Made by a program: the position numbers and the translations under genes. The notes below the pieces were generated by a model. The model saw only the letters and a list, made by a program, of their open reading frames with translations. It searched no databases and was not told where the DNA came from. A stretch of DNA of 63,759 nucleotides, the filler included. It is 14 parts of 14 records of this genome, joined end to end, with 100 filler letters (N's around TTAATTAATTAA, not from the genome) between each part and the next. Parts side by side here need not be neighbours in the genome. Positions count along the whole stretch, not along the records: positions 57,451 to 60,635 come from SRR15195285_1045; positions 60,736 to 63,759 come from SRR15195285_1052; 12 more parts are not named here. The stretch is one strand, 5' to 3'. This document shows positions 57,795 through 63,759 of this stretch, piece by piece. How positions within the stretch are numbered: position 1 is the first letter of the stretch; each line of letters starts with the position of its first letter.

Positions 57795-58832
57795 ATGGGT
57801 CGGAGCTGCTCGAGCTGTGGCGACTGGTGCGAGCGACATGAGTTCTCTTCCAACCAGTGGTCTCGAGGATCGCGCTCACGATGCAAGCAGTGCGTAAGCG
57901 GGAGCGGCGGCGGGAGTGCGAGGTACTCTCCATACGGCAGTAGCCCTGGCGGCGGCGGTGGGTATGGCAGTTCTGGGGAGGTGCTCAAGCTATTCCACGG
58001 AACATCGTGGGCAACCGCGCAGAAAATCCAGCGCGAAGGATTCATTCCGTCGAGCAGCGGGCTGCTGGGCCCAGGCGTTTACGTGGCCAGACAGGACAAG
58101 GCCACAAGATTCGCTCAGGACAAGAGCCGACACGGTGGTAGCGCCGGCGGCCTTGTCGAAGTCCTGGTAACAATCCGAAATCCCAAGTACGTCAGCCGCA
58201 ACAACACTAGCTGGCGGTCTGAGGGCCATGACGCCTGTCGCGCTGACGAAACCTCGATTTCTCCGAACATGGAGTGGGTGATCGCTGACCCCAGCCAGGT
58301 TGCTGTTGTGAGGATCAGCCGCGTCAGCCTCGTTGGCGGACCCGCTGCGGAGCCATGGCACACCTGTGAGTGGCTTGCCGTAGCGTCATCCACTGTTGAC
58401 ACGATCCTCACTCTGCTGTTTGCGAGTCTACATGCAGGTCAGACGTGCGCGAGGTCCTTCCCAGATGCGCACACGCTGGCCAGCCACGAGAAGAGCCATC
58501 TGCCGAAAAGCACACAGTGTCCACTTTGCGGGGAGACGCGCTTCCGTAACATGGTAAGCGCAGTGGCGCACGTTGAAGGAGGTACGTGCAGTGCGTGCCT
58601 CGGGCAAGACAATGCTCGACGACAGGTGTACCAGTTCGCGCAGCAACATTCTGGGATGCTGATGCTTGGGGATCGCCAGCCAATGCTGCATTTGGATGCA
58701 TATGGGAATGCGGTGGTCCCTGAAAACCCTTACGCGTGCCCGACGTGCAAAAAGGCATTCAAAAACTTGTCTTCGCAGATGGACCATCAAAATGCAAAGG
58801 GGCATTTCGTCGGTGGCCAGGCGAGCTGGTAA
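57795..58832 (+). CDS. Gig2/PARP-like ADP-ribosyltransferase with N-terminal C4 (Stc1-like) finger and C-terminal C2H2 zinc fingers
   Basis: CSSC..FSSNQW..CKQC; LFHGTS..AQKIQREGFIPSSSGLLGPGVYV..NMEWVIADP. Removing the in-frame intron 58366-58437 restores CQTC..H..H; two further fingers follow. Confidence 0.85.
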   Translation: MGRSCSSCGDWCERHEFSSNQWSRGSRSRCKQCVSGSGGGSARYSPYGSSPGGGGGYGSSGEVLKLFHGTSWATAQKIQREGFIPSSSGLLGPGVYVARQDKATRFAQDKSRHGGSAGGLVEVLVTIRNPKYVSRNNTSWRSEGHDACRADETSISPNMEWVIADPSQVAVVRISRVSLVGGPAAEPWHTCEWLAVASSTVDTILTLLFASLHAGQTCARSFPDAHTLASHEKSHLPKSTQCPLCGETRFRNMVSAVAHVEGGTCSACLGQDNARRQVYQFAQQHSGMLMLGDRQPMLHLDAYGNAVVPENPYACPTCKKAFKNLSSQMDHQNAKGHFVGGQASW

Positions 58833-59011
58833 ATGTACAAGTCAAGCTAAACATGTTCCAGTTGTATTGTAATTCAAACAAACACATACAGTACACAATG
58901 TGCAAGGCGCCACGGGTTGTTTCTTTGTTCGCATGGTCGGGAAACAAGCCTCCGGTCTCATCTGCCATCGCTAGCGCTTGCACTCACAGGCAAGCCGCGG
59001 TGTTCGTGCAC

Positions 59012-60424
59012 TCACAGGCCGGCCGCGACTCCACGGAGAATGGCCATCGCATCATTTGTTCCGTCGTATTCTCCATCAGCGGAGACCGGAGAGCGAAAGA
59101 CCTGGCCCAGCAGCCGCAAGAGAGCGTCATTGCTTTCACTTCCGCGCAATAGCTGGTTCTGCGCCTCACACATTCGCTGCTGGTGGTGGCGCTGACAGCG
59201 ACTGAACAGTAGCTGCTGCTGTGGCTGTGGTTCTTCGTTTTGGGCATAATACGGTTGGTGTTGCTGACGCTGACCGGTGGATGAATCGCTCAACTGCCGC
59301 TCAAACACTGCCAGCTCATCTTCCGTTTCGATGTTCTTCACCTGACGCCCAGACGCGGCCGTCTTCTTGCCATTTGCATAAGCCACAGCTGCTGCAGGGT
59401 CTGAATCGCGCCCTTTGTCTTCATCTTGCTCATGGCGAGCGATCAGTGTATGGTGAACCTCTTTGTCACCGGCTGCACGATGCAGAACCTGGCGGTCAAC
59501 AGTGGCTCCTGAGACATGGTCTGGCTCTAGCGTCCGATCTACCGTTGATGAGATGGGTGGGCCGCTACCATCGGATGGCCAGTGCTGCTGCGATATCGAG
59601 CTCGTGAACCACAGCGGTTGAGCAGGCAATCGTCGTCCGGGCACGGCCGGTTCTGGTTCCGACGATAGGACTTGGTCTGATGGTGATGACTCAGTTTGCA
59701 TGTCCCTGTTTGCGGGAGCCTTGAGCTTTGCCAATACGTTTTCATCGCTGCATTCATGTGGTGCTGCAACATGAACACCGTTGCTGTTGCCATTGCTGTG
59801 GCGGTATTGTTGTTGACGGATGAAGTCCTTGCGGCCTGCACCAGACTGCGTCGGTGGGGAAGGTTCGCTGCGCAGCTCGCCGTACCGACCGTATATGGGA
59901 GCAGCGATGGCCTCATTGACCGCTTCTTCTTCGTAGACCTCTTGAGTTGCGTCCCGCTGCTGTTCGCTGGGGCGGTTGGGATCAACCTTCGTGTCGCGCA
60001 CGTGGCAAACGTCGCAGTTTCCAGTGATGGAGTCACCCCAGTCGTCGCAGCTGTGCATCCGGTAGTCGATGCACGGCGAGCAGCGGGGTCCTCCAACAGC
60101 TTGTCGGCAGTAGCCCTCTCCGCCATGACAATCGGAGTGGTCGCTACACGGGACAGGGTGCTGTGCGTAGTCGTCTTTTTGCACGGTGGGCGATAAAGTT
60201 ACAGGTGCGGGCGGTGGCTGGGTGTTCTGCGAACTCGCAGTCGGATCACGTGGCTGCATGAGAAGCGGACGCCGGTGAGCAACTGAGCGGAACGCAGGCA
60301 TGGGCCGATGCAGGCGCGGCTGTGCGACGTTGTGCCGGCGAGTGGGGTGCTGCTGCCAGGCATCCGCGCCACCGCAGACGGCCAGGAGCACAAGCACCAG
60401 GCAGATCGGCATACGTCCGGCCAT
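59012..60424 (-). CDS. Secreted, mostly disordered protein with one small Cys-rich module
   Basis: Signal peptide MAGRMPICLVLVLLAVCGGADA; CSDHSDC..YC..CSPC..CDDW..CDVC; Gln/Pro-rich. The 3' end may be spliced further. Confidence 0.6.
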   Translation of the reverse strand: MAGRMPICLVLVLLAVCGGADAWQQHPTRRHNVAQPRLHRPMPAFRSVAHRRPLLMQPRDPTASSQNTQPPPAPVTLSPTVQKDDYAQHPVPCSDHSDCHGGEGYCRQAVGGPRCSPCIDYRMHSCDDWGDSITGNCDVCHVRDTKVDPNRPSEQQRDATQEVYEEEAVNEAIAAPIYGRYGELRSEPSPPTQSGAGRKDFIRQQQYRHSNGNSNGVHVAAPHECSDENVLAKLKAPANRDMQTESSPSDQVLSSEPEPAVPGRRLPAQPLWFTSSISQQHWPSDGSGPPISSTVDRTLEPDHVSGATVDRQVLHRAAGDKEVHHTLIARHEQDEDKGRDSDPAAAVAYANGKKTAASGRQVKNIETEDELAVFERQLSDSSTGQRQQHQPYYAQNEEPQPQQQLLFSRCQRHHQQRMCEAQNQLLRGSESNDALLRLLGQVFRSPVSADGEYDGTNDAMAILRGVAAGL

Positions 60425-61020
60425 GTTGTGGGTGCGTGCAGGTTCCCGACGGCGGTGTGGTGGCTCTTCTTCTTCTCTCTGTGCGCCTGAGGGAAGCGGC
60501 GGCGGTGGTGGTGGTGGTGGTGTAGCTCTCGTGCTGGTCTCTCTCTGTGTGTTGCTTGAGGCTGGCACTCGGCTTGCGCCATCGCATGAACCATGCGACG
60601 GCGCTCAGCGCGCGCTCTTGCACTGTTGCACAGCGNNNNNNNNNNNNNNNNNNNNNNNNNNNNNNNNNNNNNNNNNNNNTTAATTAATTAANNNNNNNNN
60701 NNNNNNNNNNNNNNNNNNNNNNNNNNNNNNNNNNNGATCAGCAGACGAAAAGTGCAGAACCGTCTCGATCGTGTCGTCCGTATGCGACGGTTTCTTACGG
60801 TCGGACAGGTGTCACGTCAGGTACAAGAACGACCGTGGGCGCTTAGGAGATGGTTCACAATGCAGCAAGTAGATCGTGATCGATTGCGAACATTGAGGGA
60901 AAGCTGGCTTCATTTCTTCAAAAGAGCACCGCTATGAGCTCACAAATACGCGCCCCAGCCGATCCTCTAGTCGTCTAGTACCTGTGAGTGTATTCCCTTT
61001 GCGAGACCAGTCTATTGATT

Positions 61021-63747
61021 TCAGCCGACAGTATTGTTCCGCACAACAACGTGTTGCACCGCCGAGTTGTTTTGCGGGTAGAAGTCGAGCGCAATCGAAA
61101 CGTTCGTGTGAACGAAGAGGTTCCTTTCAACGAGCACGTCGGTGTTACCCACGCCAAACACAGAGAGCCCATTCCCGCCAACGATCTCGTTGCGACGAAA
61201 GATCTGGAAGCGATTCGAAGCAGGGTGAAAGCCCTGACCAGAGATCCCCATGCTGAACCCAGACTTGCATTGGCTGGCCTCGATTACATCATTCCAAAAG
61301 GTATCTCTGTTCTGCAGGTTCGGCTGATGCGGCGCACGGTGTCCGACGGCGACTGTATTGCCAGTAAACTCGTTGAAATACTGCGGGTTGGGCGCCAGTT
61401 GGTTGCTGCTCGTGTGATTGGGGAAGTACCAGGGCACGTCCATTCCGACGCTCCATGCTCCCTCTGTCCGCCGCATTGTGTTATCAGCAACGACATTGTG
61501 TACCCCTGTGTGATAGAGCAAGATCGGGCCGGCATCCTCGAGAGTGTTGCCAATCAGTAGATTACGCCCAGTAAAGGCAGCAACCACGATGGTGATGTTG
61601 CGATTCGATGCCCCGGCCAGTCCCTCGAACGGTTTGTCCAGCTCCCACCAGCAATTCCGCTGTGCTATCACCATACTATCTGATGAATATGAGTCTGACT
61701 CTCCACGCCCGTACCTGACGACACGCCGGTACTGCCCGGTGCCGGGCCCCGCTACGACCATGATCTGGCTCCCAGCGACTGTGTTCCCCTCAAACCTTGA
61801 GTCGGCGATCCCAGGGCACGACGGCGCAGTGACGTGCGTAGCATTGAGAGTGCTTGGCGCGCCGTAGTAGACCGTGTCTGCGCCGTCCGTTGCAAACGCC
61901 TCGCGGTCGCTGCCACGCACGTGCCTGATCCGGTTTCCGCCAAAGAAAAGCTGCTGCGAGAAGGCAAAGTAGGTCGATCCCGAGGTGATACTGCTCCCAA
62001 CTGCATCGTTCCCCTCAACGATCGCTTGCCTCGCAATGAGAGAGAAGGCGCTCTGCCCGTGCCAGAGCTTGTTCGAGCGGGCAACAAAGTATACTGCGCG
62101 GCCTTCGAAGAGGTGCCAGCTACCGCTCAGATCGCAGTCGACCACCTGCACATTTGGAGCGGGGGTGTCAATCGGACCAGTCGAAACGTCGCCTTCGCAC
62201 GGTGCAGGCGATGCCGGGTGCTTTGCCCAGGCGGGCACATCGACGCATCGCCCGAGCCGTACAACACTGCTCTGGTAGCCGCCTTCCCAGTCGATGCTTT
62301 GCGTCCCACACTGCGTATTCCCGGGCACGAACCACGGCGGGCTCCGTGTGCCTGGCTGCCCGCCGCCGACGAGCTGGCAATGAAACGCGTCAGCTCGCAC
62401 GACCACCCGCGACATGCGAAAGCGTCCGATCCTCGACACGTCCGCAGGCGCCTGGATCACGGAGTAGTGAAAGCCAAGGACATAGATGGTCAAGTCCTCC
62501 AGCCCCCACGATGCATTCGCTGCCACAGGGCTAATCAGTGCGTGCGGAGCGGTCGACGTATTGTCGTAGGCTAAGTAGAGCGCGGTCAGCCCTGCGCCAC
62601 TCCCCGCGATTGTCACTCCATCCGGAACGACGATCGGTCCATCTATGTGCCAGTACCCCGCGCGAAGCCTCACCGTGACACCACCGCTGAGCGACGCTGC
62701 TCGACTGAGCGCAGCCAGCAGCGCTGGGGTCGCGTTGACTGGTCGGCCATCGCCAGCGGTCCCGTATGGCTCACGATGCGTCGTAGCAGCGGTCATATTG
62801 ATACCTGACGGTCCGTCTACCCAGATCACGGTTGGCTCATCTGGATGATGACTTGTGGTGGCAGCAGCGGCCCGAATCGTCACCGCACGCACGCGAGGAA
62901 TCGACGGGCAGTCGAAGAAATCCAGCGCGGATCGGGACCCACCAGGACCCTGCAGCACCACGGAGTACTCGCCAGGTGATACGGCAGCTGGTATCGGAAA
63001 TGTCAGGCTGTGCGACGAATCGCCCTTCGGAAGTGAGTCTGTTGTCGATGGACGGACGGTCACGGCTGCACCACCGCCCAAGGGTGTAAGTACCAGTATT
63101 GCTACTTCGTCCGGTGTCCTGCTGCCGCCGGCCGCGGCTGCGCCCTTAAACCAGTCGGGGTAGCGCGCTGCCATTGCGCGCAGCTGGGCGAGGTGGCCGT
63201 CAGCGTCCCAGCCAGTGGCGAGGCGCGAGAGGTCACGCACGAGCCCGGCAGGTGTCTGTGGTTCCTCCTCGGCGGTGTTAACATGAGGTGCTGGTCGCAT
63301 CCCACGGCCGAAAGCCCTAATCCATCCGCCGGCTGTCGCCGCCGCCCCTTCGTCGCCCTGAACCCACCAAAGGTCTGCCGCATTCAGCACCATTGTGTTC
63401 GACACGTCGCCACTCGCTGTGACCACCCCGATCGTGTGGTTGCCCGGCGCGACGTCCGACGGCAGCACAGCCATGGAGGCCGCGGCTTGGCTGACCGACG
63501 AACCCGTGATTCCGTGTAGTAGAGGCAGGCGGCGGTGGCCGTCCAGCAGCAGCGTGGCGTTCTGGCCGTGACACCAGCCGACGGCCACAATCGTCTCGCC
63601 AGGCGCCACCGGCTGTGACAACCAGTGTAGGTATGGCGCACATACCTGCTCGCGAGGGCCCTGAGCCGCGAGCTCATGTGACCACTCCACGGTGCTCACG
63701 GCTCGCGCCAGTGCTGCGAGAGACGTCAGCAACAGCTGAACTCGCAT
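61021..63747 (-). CDS. Secreted right-handed beta-helix (pectate-lyase-3-like) carbohydrate-active protein with Ig/IPT-like N-terminus
   Basis: Signal peptide; NATPALLAAL..GGVTVRLRAGYWHIDGPIVVPDGVTIAGSG; recurring N-stack motifs (VEGND, LIGNT, VADNT, VERNL, VRNNT); intronless, 908 aa. Confidence 0.75.
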   Translation of the reverse strand: MRVQLLLTSLAALARAVSTVEWSHELAAQGPREQVCAPYLHWLSQPVAPGETIVAVGWCHGQNATLLLDGHRRLPLLHGITGSSVSQAAASMAVLPSDVAPGNHTIGVVTASGDVSNTMVLNAADLWWVQGDEGAAATAGGWIRAFGRGMRPAPHVNTAEEEPQTPAGLVRDLSRLATGWDADGHLAQLRAMAARYPDWFKGAAAAGGSRTPDEVAILVLTPLGGGAAVTVRPSTTDSLPKGDSSHSLTFPIPAAVSPGEYSVVLQGPGGSRSALDFFDCPSIPRVRAVTIRAAAATTSHHPDEPTVIWVDGPSGINMTAATTHREPYGTAGDGRPVNATPALLAALSRAASLSGGVTVRLRAGYWHIDGPIVVPDGVTIAGSGAGLTALYLAYDNTSTAPHALISPVAANASWGLEDLTIYVLGFHYSVIQAPADVSRIGRFRMSRVVVRADAFHCQLVGGGQPGTRSPPWFVPGNTQCGTQSIDWEGGYQSSVVRLGRCVDVPAWAKHPASPAPCEGDVSTGPIDTPAPNVQVVDCDLSGSWHLFEGRAVYFVARSNKLWHGQSAFSLIARQAIVEGNDAVGSSITSGSTYFAFSQQLFFGGNRIRHVRGSDREAFATDGADTVYYGAPSTLNATHVTAPSCPGIADSRFEGNTVAGSQIMVVAGPGTGQYRRVVRYGRGESDSYSSDSMVIAQRNCWWELDKPFEGLAGASNRNITIVVAAFTGRNLLIGNTLEDAGPILLYHTGVHNVVADNTMRRTEGAWSVGMDVPWYFPNHTSSNQLAPNPQYFNEFTGNTVAVGHRAPHQPNLQNRDTFWNDVIEASQCKSGFSMGISGQGFHPASNRFQIFRRNEIVGGNGLSVFGVGNTDVLVERNLFVHTNVSIALDFYPQNNSAVQHVVVRNNTVG

Positions 63748-63759
63748 CGTTTGTGCTAC

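Noticed and set aside
13390-58832. The two ADP-ribosyltransferases as a linked defence island
   Set aside because: They lie on different contigs joined artificially, so linkage cannot be inferred.
1-63759. Alternative genetic code or selenocysteine readthrough; tRNA, rRNA or mobile elements
   Set aside because: Apart from the uncertain junctions in the 20884-23584 gene, in-frame stops are explained by GT-AG introns, and TAA, TAG and TGA all end genes. No RNA gene or transposase/RT signature was recognised by eye.

Overview
This window is not one locus. It holds 14 short contigs (about 3-10.6 kb) joined by identical artificial 100-nt spacers (44 N + TTAATTAATTAA + 44 N), so adjacency is only meaningful within a contig. 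The DNA is GC-rich and gene-dense, uses the standard code and has short GT-AG introns (mostly about 70-220 nt; donors often GTGCG/GTGAG), which points to a microbial eukaryote. A marine protist single-cell or metagenome assembly is my inference; taxonomy cannot be fixed from this window. Recognisable genes: membrane fatty-acid desaturase, GH32, acidic ribosomal P-protein tail, UFD1-UBA-UBX protein, GH5-like tandem TIM-barrel enzyme, CAP-Gly protein, WD40-TRP channel, scramblase, purple acid phosphatase, class II CPD photolyase, calpain, PDZ-2OG-Fe(II) oxygenase, NEK kinase, GH123/DUF4091 and a beta-helix enzyme. Most striking: (1) an intronless receptor-like mono-ADP-ribosyltransferase (signal peptide, Cys-rich ectodomain, four repeats of a 4-TM module plus 1 TM, ubiquitin-like domain, R-S-E type ART) lying head-to-head with a UFD1-UBA-UBX p97 adaptor; (2) a membrane-anchored G-alpha whose two catalytic residues are naturally His and Arg, matching the activating GNAS R201H and Q227R mutations; (3) a zinc-finger-flanked Gig2-like H-Y-E ADP-ribosyltransferase. 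All family calls come from motif recognition by eye; no searches were run.
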